This document shows positions 1 through 7,850 of a DNA stretch of 13,028 nucleotides, one piece after another. The DNA lies in contig NZ_SNUY01000004.1 in assembly GCF_004376175.1 (NCBI RefSeq), forward strand, positions 99,151 to 112,178. Direction: 5' to 3'. This DNA comes from Halalkalibacterium halodurans (GTDB lineage Bacteria > Bacillota > Bacilli > Bacillales > Bacillaceae_D). How positions within the stretch are numbered: the first letter of the stretch is position 1; each line of letters starts with the position of its first letter. The notes below the pieces were generated by a model, which saw nothing but the letters and a program-made list of their open reading frames with translations, was not told the origin of the DNA and searched no databases. The position numbers and the translations under genes are program-made.

Positions 1-238
1 CTTTCCTAAAGCCGCCTAGTCAATTTTTAAAAAAATAATGGCAATAGGTTTCTTTGTCATGCACATTTTTGAAAATACAATGAAAATAATGAGTGTGCAG
101 GCCATTCCAATCCAATTTCCAGTAATTTTGGTTCATTTCACCCGGAAAATTGTTATTTATTCCGAGACTCTATTTATGATAGCACGTCTTGCCGTTCTAT
201 TCGAAACACTTGGCCTGTCTGCAAACCATTTGATAAAC

Positions 239-267
239 AAAAAAACCGCACCTTTTTGTCGATGCGA
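239..267 (-). terminator. Putative rho-independent terminator downstream of tlp
   Basis: On the minus strand AUCGCA (267-262) pairs with UGCGGU (250-245), 6 bp including one G-U, around a 12-nt loop. A run of 7 U (245-239) follows. It lies 11 nt after the tlp stop. The stem is weak. Confidence 0.45.
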
Positions 268-277
268 TTTCTTTGTT

Positions 278-508
278 TTAGACTTCATCGTCATTGATTC
301 GCGCACTTTGCTCATCTAAAATTTCTGATTCAAAAGCGTCTAAGCTTTGCTTACGTCGGTTGTTTTTTTCTTCTGTCCGCTGGCGCTCTTCAGCGTTCAT
401 CTCTTCATGGGCGAGCGCTTCGTTTGCTGCTTCCATCTTCGCCTTCGTATTGCGAACCATTTGTTTTAGCCGCTCAACATTGTTGTTACGATTATCAGGG
501 TTTGCCAT
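278..508 (-). CDS. tlp: Small acid-soluble spore protein Tlp (thioredoxin-like protein), 76 aa
   Basis: The translation [18 protein letters not shown]...[31 protein letters not shown] follows the pattern I recall for B. subtilis Tlp (NPDDRSDNVEKLQDMV...EEKQRIEEKNRRREESIEAFRNEIQDESAAR). A strong SD, GGAGGA, sits 6 nt upstream of the ATG at 508. Confidence 0.9.
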
Positions 509-539
509 GGATCATCCTCCAATCATTTGCCATTAACCC

Positions 540-569
540 TAGTATTGCATCGCTGTTTTTGTTTTATTC
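540..569 (-). promoter_or_regulatory. Candidate forespore-type (sigma-G/sigma-F-like) promoter for tlp
   Basis: Minus strand reads GAATA (569-565), an 18-nt spacer, then AATACTA (546-540). This compares with the recalled consensus GnATR-N17/18-CATnnTA. The -35 element overlaps the GAA-TAA end of the thioesterase gene. This is a pattern match only. Confidence 0.35.
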
Positions 570-995
570 GCTAGCTGTGATTCGCAAATACGCTTCATGC
601 CACGCGGGAAAGTGTTTACGAATGGCAATAGGTCGGAACGTATCTTTCTTCACACAGACATGCGTACTTGAGCCTGTTACACATGTCACACCTTCTTCAT
701 TGACCACCTCATAGCCATATACCACCCGCAAACCATCATAGTGCTCCACCCACGTATGGATCGTCACCGTTTCTCCGTAGTGGACGGGACGCTTATAAGA
801 AGCATGAATATCGGCAATTGGTGATAATACCCCGTCCTTTTCCATATCCGCATAATGAAACCCCATTTCTTTAATGAGTTCACCACGCCCTAATTCAAAC
901 CAGATGAAATAATTTGAATGATGTACAACACCCATTTGGTCTGTTTCCGCGTATCGTACGTCAATGGCTGTTTTTGTTACAAACGGCCTTTTCAT
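564..995 (-). CDS. yneP: Hotdog-fold acyl-CoA thioesterase (4HBT/YbgC type, YneP-like), 143 aa
   Basis: The N-terminal motif VRYAETDQMGVVHHSNYFIWFE is typical of YbgC/4HBT thioesterases, with the catalytic Asp in ETD. Size is about 140 aa. It is adjacent to tlp, as yneP is in B. subtilis. The SD AAGGGAGG is 7-8 nt upstream. Its ATG overlaps the stop of the upstream AAA+ gene (ATGA at 992-995). Confidence 0.85.
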   Translation of the reverse strand: MKRPFVTKTAIDVRYAETDQMGVVHHSNYFIWFELGRGELIKEMGFHYADMEKDGVLSPIADIHASYKRPVHYGETVTIHTWVEHYDGLRVVYGYEVVNEEGVTCVTGSSTHVCVKKDTFRPIAIRKHFPAWHEAYLRITASE

Positions 996-3319
996 CTGAT
1001 GTCGCCTCCCTTCTCTTCTATAAAATCCCTTCCCGTTAATGTCATTAACTGTTCTTCGCTAATGTCTTCTTCTATTTCTGTGATTCGTATCGCTTGCCGT
1101 TGGATCGCCCGCTCTAACAGGTCGACAGCGAATCGGCCGTTGCTTGGATGGCCTGATTCAGGAAGAAGTTGTCCAACTTGGCGTCTTGCTTCTTCATCCA
1201 GATGATAGCCATACTGTTCGCTGTGATAGTCAATCATCGCTTGAAGCTCTGCTTTCGTATAGTCAGCAAACGTGAACACCTTTTTGAACCGACTTTTTAG
1301 CCCTGGGTTAGCCGTAAGTAGCTCCTCCATTTCCTTTGGATAGCCAGCCATAATAACGACGAGGTTTTCCCCATGCTTTGTCATTTCATCCACAAGGGTG
1401 TCCACTGCTTCTTTTCCGAAGTCTTGTCCTCCTTTAAACAGGCTGTACGCTTCATCAATAAACAAAACACCTCCGAGGGCATCACGAATCCGCTCCTTCG
1501 TTTTTAGCGCTGTCTGTCCGACAAAGCCTGCAACAAGGTCACTTCGGCTAACGATGGAAACATGGCCCCGCTTCAATAACCCAATCTCCTGTAATGCCTC
1601 GGCAAACAGCTTAGCCACCGTCGTTTTCCCTGTTCCAGGATTGCCTGAAAAAATCGAGTGAAGCTGAATAGGGATCGTCGTCATTCCTTTGTCTCTCCTC
1701 ATTTGCTGGACCTTAGCAAACGAAGTCAACTGTTTCAGTTCACGCTTGACGTCAGCCAAGCCGATCAGTTGCTCAAGACGATCGATGGCTCCCTCTTCTT
1801 TCTGCTCGTCATCTTCCTGCAAAAAGTCCTCTCTAGTTAGCAGAGCGAAATCCTCCACATGGGCTTGATCTAGCTGAACCTTGGCTCCTTTTTGAAAAAT
1901 CGCGTTCATTACAATATTTTTTACCGTTCGACCATTTCCAAATGATTCGTCGACTTGCGCCTCTTCAATCCGTTGCTTAAACGCTAGGCGAGCACCGTCA
2001 GTCAACGTAAAATCATTATCAAGAGCCACTTGCTCCCCAATCAGTAGAAGCTCGTCGATCGAGTAATCGGAGAGATGAATTTGGTTTTGCTCAGGGAAAC
2101 GGCTGCGTAGGCCAGGGTTGGAACGGAGAAATTGCTCCATTTCTACAGGATAGCCAGCTAAAATGAGCGCGAATGTCCCTGCATACTTCCCGCTCGTCAT
2201 CGCAGCTACAAGCGTGTCAATCACCGCTTGTCCGTAATCATTACCAGAAGCCCCTTCACGCTTCAAACTGTAAGCTTCATCGATAAAAAGAACACCGCCT
2301 GCCGCTTTTTCAATGAGCGCCTTCGTGTTTTCTTCCGATTGACCGACAAACCCGCCTACAAGCTGGGAGCGATCTACTTCTAACACTTCATTGCGCTCCA
2401 GCAAGCCGAGCTCATAATAGAGTTGGGCAAATAATCGCGCAAGCCGCGTTTTCCCAGTCCCTGGATTTCCCGTTAAGATCATATGCAGGCTCATCTCATC
2501 GAGAAATTGATAGCCTGCTTTTTTCCGTTCCGCTTGATATTTTAAAAATTGATAATGATGGTGAACCCTGCGCTTCACATCTTCTAAACCGACCATCTTT
2601 TCCAGTTCATCTAGTGGAGAAGAAGGGTGTTGTGCTTCCTCTTCCATTTGGGCGATTACCTGTGTCCATTCGCGATGAAGGGCTTCAATTTCCTCAACAG
2701 CTTGGCGGATCTGCTGAAACTGACTTTTCGAATAATACACCCCGCTTACTGAATGAGCATACTCTTCTGTAGCCTTCACAATAAACAGGAGGGGTTCCCG
2801 AAGTGAGGTAAAGAGCTTGTTTAATTGCACAAACGCCTGTTTCTTATGTTCATCCCCGGTAGCCTCTGCCCCTTGTTGGCCTTGATCTAGAGCCTTTCGG
2901 TAAGAAGACTCATGCTCAAAAAATTGCTCCGCCAACTCAAAATAACGGAGCGCTGTTTTCTTTTTAACCGTCCCGTGGTCCGTCTCACGAATCGTCGGGA
3001 ACGTGGCGGGTAGAGGAAGGTCTCTTATCGCCTCAATCACTTGCTGAAGTTCCAATGTCAACAATCGCGGGTTCTCAGGTTCTAGGTTAAGCCCTTCATC
3101 TAGCCACTGCTTCGTTCGCTTATCCGCTTCTCCTTTACGCTGCAAACGTGCACCTGCGATTAAAGCCAATAAATCGGCTTTTCCCTTTGTGTACTGCTCA
3201 TTTTCTTCTAACCACGAAAGCCATTGCAAGCCCCTCGCTTCAGAAAATGCTTTCGTTCCATTCAAAAACGCTTGCAACTCGGCTTCAAATTGTTCGATTG
3301 TTCGTTCGTTTTGACGCAT
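992..3319 (-). CDS. Tandem (two-module) AAA+ ATPase of the SpoVK/CbbX/EccA clade with an unassigned helical N-terminal domain
   Basis: There are two complete modules. Walker A GNPGTGKT occurs twice (nt 2447-2470 and 1622-1645), Walker B (GGVLFIDEAYSL) twice, and NPGLRSRF / NPGLKSRF twice. The first ~240 aa are helical and carry no motif I recognise. The ORF track starts at a TTG at 3349. I prefer the ATG at 3319 (MRQNERT...), which has AAAGGAA 8 nt upstream. The alternative start would add 10 aa. Confidence 0.85.
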   Translation of the reverse strand: MRQNERTIEQFEAELQAFLNGTKAFSEARGLQWLSWLEENEQYTKGKADLLALIAGARLQRKGEADKRTKQWLDEGLNLEPENPRLLTLELQQVIEAIRDLPLPATFPTIRETDHGTVKKKTALRYFELAEQFFEHESSYRKALDQGQQGAEATGDEHKKQAFVQLNKLFTSLREPLLFIVKATEEYAHSVSGVYYSKSQFQQIRQAVEEIEALHREWTQVIAQMEEEAQHPSSPLDELEKMVGLEDVKRRVHHHYQFLKYQAERKKAGYQFLDEMSLHMILTGNPGTGKTRLARLFAQLYYELGLLERNEVLEVDRSQLVGGFVGQSEENTKALIEKAAGGVLFIDEAYSLKREGASGNDYGQAVIDTLVAAMTSGKYAGTFALILAGYPVEMEQFLRSNPGLRSRFPEQNQIHLSDYSIDELLLIGEQVALDNDFTLTDGARLAFKQRIEEAQVDESFGNGRTVKNIVMNAIFQKGAKVQLDQAHVEDFALLTREDFLQEDDEQKEEGAIDRLEQLIGLADVKRELKQLTSFAKVQQMRRDKGMTTIPIQLHSIFSGNPGTGKTTVAKLFAEALQEIGLLKRGHVSIVSRSDLVAGFVGQTALKTKERIRDALGGVLFIDEAYSLFKGGQDFGKEAVDTLVDEMTKHGENLVVIMAGYPKEMEELLTANPGLKSRFKKVFTFADYTKAELQAMIDYHSEQYGYHLDEEARRQVGQLLPESGHPSNGRFAVDLLERAIQRQAIRITEIEEDISEEQLMTLTGRDFIEEKGGDIR

Positions 3320-3440
3320 CGCTCTGTTCCTTTCTACTTCCACCAGCAACCATTATCTCTTTTCATTTGTGATCGTGCAGCTTGTCCTGCTCTCTCACCG
3401 ACATATAGTATAAGTGTAGCAATTTTTACCGTTATAGTGA

Positions 3441-3478
3441 AATGAAAAAGGCAAGCCCATACATAATGAGCCTACCTT
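3441..3478 (-). terminator. Rho-independent terminator after copD
   Basis: On the minus strand AAGGUAGGCUCAU (3478-3466) pairs with AUGGGCUUGCCUU (3460-3448). That gives a 13-bp stem with 3 G-U pairs and a 5-nt loop, followed by UUUUUCAUUU. It starts 13 nt after the copD stop. Confidence 0.6.
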
Positions 3479-3490
3479 CTTACACCTTTC

Positions 3491-5098
3491 TTAATGGCAA
3501 TAAACCCCTTGTTCAACACCTGCTGGCAAGAATTGATCAACCTTCGTTCCATCCTCGGCAAGCAAATCGATCACTGGCTGACTCATTCCAACATCAGACT
3601 GATAGACATGGTAGAACACACCATTCGTCAATTCTGTTACGTAGGAACCATCCTCATAGTGTAATTGTAGGCGGACCGTTTCCTTTGGTTCCTGAATCAT
3701 TCCGAATGTCACATATGTGTAGTTGCTACCCGTCTCCTTCCATTGACCATCCGTCACTTGGAAGGTGCGGATTTTCATTGGTTCGTCATACACAGACGTC
3801 CCGCCCACAGTCAGCATGGCTGCTGGCAAGCGATAAAAATCACCTGTTTCCGAATCAATACCTAATTTCTCAATGACAAAATCATGGGCATTGACCGTGT
3901 AAATAACGGTCGTCGTCTCTTCGGTCTCATCCTCTAATACTATGTCGATACTCGTCTTATCTTCGTACGTTGCTTGAATGGCCGCTTCCACCGTTGGATA
4001 TCTTGTTTCATCCACGAGAATACTGACGGGCGTCACGCTCAGCATGAGCCCAACATATAAAAAGAGCGACGCCGTAAGGCTACTCGTCGTGAAGACGAAA
4101 AGGGACTTATGGCGCAACGACAACACGCTAGCGGTAAGCCCGATCATTGCGAGAACCAAACAGGCAATGCCCCAACCTGTAAGGCTTAGAGTCAACTGCT
4201 GAAACACAGACAGGCCTTCTGGATGAAAGAGCAAAAATGACCATGCTGGCGGTTCCACTTGCATTGTTTCAGCCACTTCATGGGGAGGTGTTTGTCTTGT
4301 CATGAAAGCAGACAAAAAGAAAACAACACATCCAACGACAGATTCAATCCGAATGGAACGTTGCACAACAGAAAGAGGCTTTTCCGCTCTCAACCAAAGA
4401 AGGTGGCGCAAGCCAAACAAAAGCAATGGGAGAAACAACAGATGTTTCATGAGCAAAAATTGACCGTAAGTTAACGCCCAAGACGGGACGTACTCAGGAA
4501 CAATATCGTTCATCAACAAGAGCCCCGACACACTAAGGACCGCAACTGCACATACAACCATGAGTGAAAACCAGCGATGAAATTTTAAACCATCGGTTAA
4601 AGGCCGAGCCCCCCAACCGACCATTAATAACGTTCCGATCCAAACGGCACTAGCAAGCAAGTGGCTCGTATTTAAAACAAAACCTTGCCACCCTAAGAGT
4701 GCCGTGCCGTGACTAACCCAGCTAACGGAGACAATCAGTAACAATACACCGACAAAAAAGAGAATAGCGGTGACTCGCTTCTCTGGAAACAAGAGCAGGA
4801 CACCTAGGAAAACAGTAACCGTAAAAACAAGGAACCAGCTCTGGCCAACTGGATGCTGAATGATAACCGTGCTGGCTGCTTCTTGAAAGCTAAGGGAAAA
4901 TTGTGATTGAACAACTCTTACCACTTCATAAAGTTGATAAGCAAGGAGAAGAGGGATCGCACTTAGCGCTAGAGCGATTCCTCTTGAACGAACCATCAGC
5001 ACAGGTTTGTAAGCAGTCGGAACGATCCTAAGGACCGCATGACCTATCAGCCATGCGAATACGATAAATAACATCCCACCGCTCATACCACTAAGCAT
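3491..5098 (-). CDS. copD: CopD-family copper resistance membrane protein with an extra C-terminal TM pair and a ~177-aa soluble domain
   Basis: It is a polytopic membrane protein with CopD-like motifs (WVSHGTALLGW, TSHLLASAVWIGTLL, FMTRQTPPHE) and lies directly downstream of copC. The ORF track starts at 5137, overlapping copC by 38 nt. I prefer the ATG at 5098 (MLSGMSGGM...), which lies 1 nt after the copC TAA and has GGAG 11 nt upstream. Confidence 0.75.
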   Translation of the reverse strand: MLSGMSGGMLFIVFAWLIGHAVLRIVPTAYKPVLMVRSRGIALALSAIPLLLAYQLYEVVRVVQSQFSLSFQEAASTVIIQHPVGQSWFLVFTVTVFLGVLLLFPEKRVTAILFFVGVLLLIVSVSWVSHGTALLGWQGFVLNTSHLLASAVWIGTLLMVGWGARPLTDGLKFHRWFSLMVVCAVAVLSVSGLLLMNDIVPEYVPSWALTYGQFLLMKHLLFLPLLLFGLRHLLWLRAEKPLSVVQRSIRIESVVGCVVFFLSAFMTRQTPPHEVAETMQVEPPAWSFLLFHPEGLSVFQQLTLSLTGWGIACLVLAMIGLTASVLSLRHKSLFVFTTSSLTASLFLYVGLMLSVTPVSILVDETRYPTVEAAIQATYEDKTSIDIVLEDETEETTTVIYTVNAHDFVIEKLGIDSETGDFYRLPAAMLTVGGTSVYDEPMKIRTFQVTDGQWKETGSNYTYVTFGMIQEPKETVRLQLHYEDGSYVTELTNGVFYHVYQSDVGMSQPVIDLLAEDGTKVDQFLPAGVEQGVYCH

Positions 5099-5099
5099 G

Positions 5100-5669
5100 T
5101 TACTTTCTTCTCCGTAATTGCTTGATAACGATGGCAATAGCTATTAGCAAAACAGTCCCAACGAAAGGCAAAATGAAGCGAACATGGTTGCCTTCCGCTA
5201 ATGGACGCTCATCTTCAGGACTAGTCTCTTCATTTACTGGTTCTTCGCTTTGCTCTGGCTCATTATCGCCTTCACCTTCTGTTGCTTCCTCTACCGGCTC
5301 AGTCGCCTCACTGACAGCTTCCACAGTAAAAGAAAAGCTCCCTTCTGTTACGTGAGTATCCGAGCCAAGAACCGTCCATTCCACTGTATAAACACCCGCC
5401 TCTAGCGGGGTTTCCATGACGATCACCATTTCTTGATCCCCTAGATCAATCGAAGCCACTTCATGTTCATGCCCGTCCTGATCAAAGACTTGAGCTGAAC
5501 TTGGTGATTCAATCCCACCATCAAAATAGAGATGGATGTTGTCAACTAAGTCTGTCACCGTTTCTCCGTCCTCTGGCTCGGACGATGAAACATATGAGTG
5601 ACCGTAAACGGTTGAAGTTGGGATTATTAACCATAAAACAAGCATCATACTTAACGTACGTAATCTCAT
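5100..5669 (-). CDS. copC: CopC-domain copper-binding protein with signal peptide, acidic linker and C-terminal membrane anchor, 189 aa
   Basis: The signal peptide is MRLRTLSMMLVLWLIIPTSTVYG. The predicted mature N-terminus is His (HSYVSSSEPEDGETV), as expected for the CopC Cu(II) site. The CopC end motif GSDTHVTEGSFSFTV is present. An E/P-rich linker (aa 117-159) and a TM helix (aa 163-182) follow. A strong SD, AGGAGGAAGAC, precedes the ATG. Confidence 0.85.
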   Translation of the reverse strand: MRLRTLSMMLVLWLIIPTSTVYGHSYVSSSEPEDGETVTDLVDNIHLYFDGGIESPSSAQVFDQDGHEHEVASIDLGDQEMVIVMETPLEAGVYTVEWTVLGSDTHVTEGSFSFTVEAVSEATEPVEEATEGEGDNEPEQSEEPVNEETSPEDERPLAEGNHVRFILPFVGTVLLIAIAIVIKQLRRRK

Positions 5670-5727
5670 GTCTTCCTCCTAAAATACGAATGATTCCATA
5701 TGCTTTTCATAGCTTACCAAATCTTTA

Positions 5728-5756
5728 GGAGAAAGAAAAGGCAAGTGACTTTGCCT
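5728..5756 (-). terminator. Putative rho-independent terminator after the LysM-GH18 gene
   Basis: On the minus strand AGGCAA (5756-5751) pairs with UUGCCU (5744-5739), 6 bp with a 6-nt loop, followed by UUUCUUUCU. It starts 7 nt after the stop. The stem is short. Confidence 0.45.
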
Positions 5757-5762
5757 AAACAT

Positions 5763-7043
5763 TCATATTTTCCGTACGTTGAAATGCTCTTGGATCAGCA
5801 ACCAGTTTTGCGGAAATTCAATGCGTAACACCCAATAGCTCACCCCGCGAAGGCCAAGCTCTTTAACAAGTTGAAATTTTGCTTCGATACTCCGTGCATC
5901 CTCAAACCAAACTTCGTGATCTCGTCCTTCCACGTCCCGATACGTAAAAAAAGGAGATTGGGCCGTTTCGTCATATTGAATCGTTGCCCCGTACCGAGCG
6001 GCAATTAGAAGCGCTTCTTGCGGACTAATCGCTCGGGCAAAGTCGCCTCCTGGCTCATACGGCAAAGTCCAGTCATAGCCGTAGAGCGGGATGCCCATCA
6101 TCACTTTATTTGCAGGCATCACTGATACTGCATATTCAACAACACGCCGCACTTGGTCGAGCGGAGCAACAGCCATGGGCGGTCCGCCACTCCATCCCCA
6201 TTCATATGTCATGAGCACTGTGAAGTCGACAATTTCTCCGTGAGCAGGGTAGTCATGGGCTTCATACCACGCCCCAACTTGTTCTGGACCCACTTTTGGC
6301 GCAAGTGCTGTCGATAACGTATAACCTGTGGCTCTAAGCCGGTCTGCTGCTTTTCGCAAAAAAGCATTATAAGGCTCACGATCTTCTGGTCGTAAGTGCT
6401 CAAAATCGATATTTAGGCTCCGATACCCTTTTTCTTCCATGACGGAGATCGCTTCAGTTAGCACTTTATCTTGCAACGCCTCACTTTGCAAAATAGCTTC
6501 CCCGAGTTCTGGATTAAAGTTATCACCTTCGATATTGGTTATGACCAGAACAGGAGCAATGGCAAAAAGTGCACTTGCTTCAAGGGACGGCTCATCTGGA
6601 ACCGGTATCAATTCTCCTTCCCTTGTCACTTGATAGCTAAAGACGGAAACATATGTGAGCCATGGACCTATTCGTGAAATGACTCGAGGTTCCGTTTCTA
6701 GAGGAGGCCTCGGTTCAATATAGCCATTGACTTCGATTTCCGTTCTCGGCTGTGGTGGCAAATACAAACGTAAGCCTGGCTGGAGCGGTTCGTTAACATT
6801 TAGCTGATTGATTTGCGCAATTTGCTCTACCGTTGTATTAAACCGTCTAGCGATCGAATACAAGCTGTCGCCCGGCTGTACAAAGTAATAGCGTCCGACA
6901 ATCGGAATGACCATTGTTTGACCTGGAACGAGCGTGTCAGGGTTCGGGATTTCATTGGCCATGATCAACTCATTCGCGTTAACACCGTACAGATTCGCGA
7001 TCGAAAATACACTCTCATTTTCTTGCACCACGTGAATTTGCAT
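5763..7043 (-). CDS. Spore cortex-fragment hydrolase-like protein: two LysM repeats plus a glycoside hydrolase family 18 domain (YaaH/SleL or YdhD-like), 426 aa
   Basis: Two N-terminal LysM repeats are present (HVVQENESVFSIANLYGVNANELIMANEI...; YFVQPGDSLYSIARRFNTTVEQIAQINQL...). The GH18 catalytic signature is in SLNIDFEHL. Length matches the ~427-aa YaaH. The start is set at the ATG at 7043, which follows AAAGGGGGG by 5 nt. The track's 7112 start adds 23 aa and has no SD. Confidence 0.85.
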   Translation of the reverse strand: MQIHVVQENESVFSIANLYGVNANELIMANEIPNPDTLVPGQTMVIPIVGRYYFVQPGDSLYSIARRFNTTVEQIAQINQLNVNEPLQPGLRLYLPPQPRTEIEVNGYIEPRPPLETEPRVISRIGPWLTYVSVFSYQVTREGELIPVPDEPSLEASALFAIAPVLVITNIEGDNFNPELGEAILQSEALQDKVLTEAISVMEEKGYRSLNIDFEHLRPEDREPYNAFLRKAADRLRATGYTLSTALAPKVGPEQVGAWYEAHDYPAHGEIVDFTVLMTYEWGWSGGPPMAVAPLDQVRRVVEYAVSVMPANKVMMGIPLYGYDWTLPYEPGGDFARAISPQEALLIAARYGATIQYDETAQSPFFTYRDVEGRDHEVWFEDARSIEAKFQLVKELGLRGVSYWVLRIEFPQNWLLIQEHFNVRKI

Positions 7044-7150
7044 ACGGTCCCCCCTTTTAGAAATGTGACAAAACCGTGAATCGTTCCCTACATCCCACAA
7101 TTTATGCGACAATGGAGCTGTTCATGAACAATGAAGTAGGTGTAAAAGAA

Positions 7151-7789
7151 ATGGTAAAAAAACTATTCATTCTTATAAGCTACGGGGTCATAGCAGCACT
7201 CATTTACCTTTATGGAGAATGGTTGCTCGAATGGATTCAACAAGGTGGTGCTCGTTTCATCTTCTTGACCGTGATCATTGCCACGTTACTTGCTCTTTTC
7301 CCGATCATTCCATACCCAATCATTGGCGGTGTTCTTGGAGCAGCCTACGGCCCGTTCCTTGGAAGCGCGGTCACATGGATCGGTTCCTCGCTCGCATCGA
7401 TCATTATGTTCATGTTTGTTCGGTATGGCTATCAAGATTGGGGGCTTTCGCTGATCCGACGCTCGGACCTAGTAACAAAAGTAACCGCCATGTTTGAAAA
7501 AAATGCCTTTATGGCCATATTTATTACACGCTTAATCCCCATCATTCCTTCAATCATTGTTAACATTTATTCCGCGCTAAGCCGCGTTTCGTTTATAAAC
7601 TACAGCATCGCTTCTTCTCTTGGGAAAGTGCCATCGATGATCTTGTTTGCTGTTGTAGGGAACTCGATTGTGACAAACCCATCCCAGCTCCTTTGGATTG
7701 CCCTCTTCTACAGTAGTTTTCTCCTTATCGTCTGGATAGGATATCGAGCGTGGCAACGAGTGGCTCTGCAAAAACAAGCAAATATTTGA
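7151..7789 (+). CDS. TVP38/TMEM64 (DedA/SNARE-associated) family membrane protein, 212 aa
   Basis: It is a multi-TM protein with the family pattern LFPIIPYPIIGGVLGAAYGPFLGS...FVRYG...TRLIPIIPSIIVNIYSALSRV. The start is chosen at the ATG at 7151 (MVKKLFIL), which has AGGTG 9 nt upstream. The track's GTG at 7076 has no SD. Confidence 0.75.
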   Translation: MVKKLFILISYGVIAALIYLYGEWLLEWIQQGGARFIFLTVIIATLLALFPIIPYPIIGGVLGAAYGPFLGSAVTWIGSSLASIIMFMFVRYGYQDWGLSLIRRSDLVTKVTAMFEKNAFMAIFITRLIPIIPSIIVNIYSALSRVSFINYSIASSLGKVPSMILFAVVGNSIVTNPSQLLWIALFYSSFLLIVWIGYRAWQRVALQKQANI

Positions 7790-7812
7790 CCGTTTGTCTC
7801 TAATATATAGTT

Positions 7813-7847
7813 AAAAAGCTCCCGTGCCTATCCGGCTATTGGGAGCT
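7813..7847 (-). terminator. Hairpin terminator in the convergent gap between the vanZ-like and TVP38 genes
   Basis: AGCTCCC (7817-7823) pairs with GGGAGCT (7841-7847), with an inner GCC/GGC pair. On the minus strand it is followed by UUUUU, 4 nt after the vanZ-like stop. On the plus strand there is no U-tract, so it is at best weakly bidirectional. Confidence 0.5.
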
Positions 7848-7850
7848 CTG

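Noticed and set aside
20-136. A 38-aa His/Cys/aromatic-rich minus-strand ORF (MNQNYWKLDWNGLHTHYFHCIFKNVHDKETYCHYFFKN) downstream of the tlp terminator.
   Set aside because: The only purine-rich stretch (GGGTGA) is about 2 nt from the ATG, too close to act as an SD. The region is very AT-rich, so short ORFs arise by chance. I recognise no family. It is worth only a quick conservation check.
38-319. A 93-aa plus-strand ORF from the track (MAIGFFVMHIFENT...).
   Set aside because: It has no SD before the ATG and lies in an AT-rich intergenic stretch. It runs through the tlp terminator into the antisense of the tlp 3' end. The sequence is hydrophobic and low-complexity, with no recognisable motif.
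1398-1840. Plus-strand ORFs of 60-87 aa inside the AAA+ gene. Similar antisense ORFs occur at 3148-3445, 3442-3876, 3978-4474, 5122-5728, 6439-7079, 7966-8184, 9277-9528 and 10183-12180.
   Set aside because: All lie fully antisense to, or out of frame within, long ORFs that carry unmistakable family motifs. They lack SDs and have Ser/Arg/Leu-rich shadow-ORF composition.
7044-7112. N-terminal extensions offered by the ORF track: 7112 for GH18, 12681 for citB, 7076 (GTG) for TVP38, 3349 (TTG) for the AAA+ gene and 5137 for copD.
   Set aside because: In each case an internal ATG preceded by a well-spaced SD gives a protein whose N-terminus and length match the family. The extensions lack an SD. 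The AAA+ and copD starts remain the least certain.
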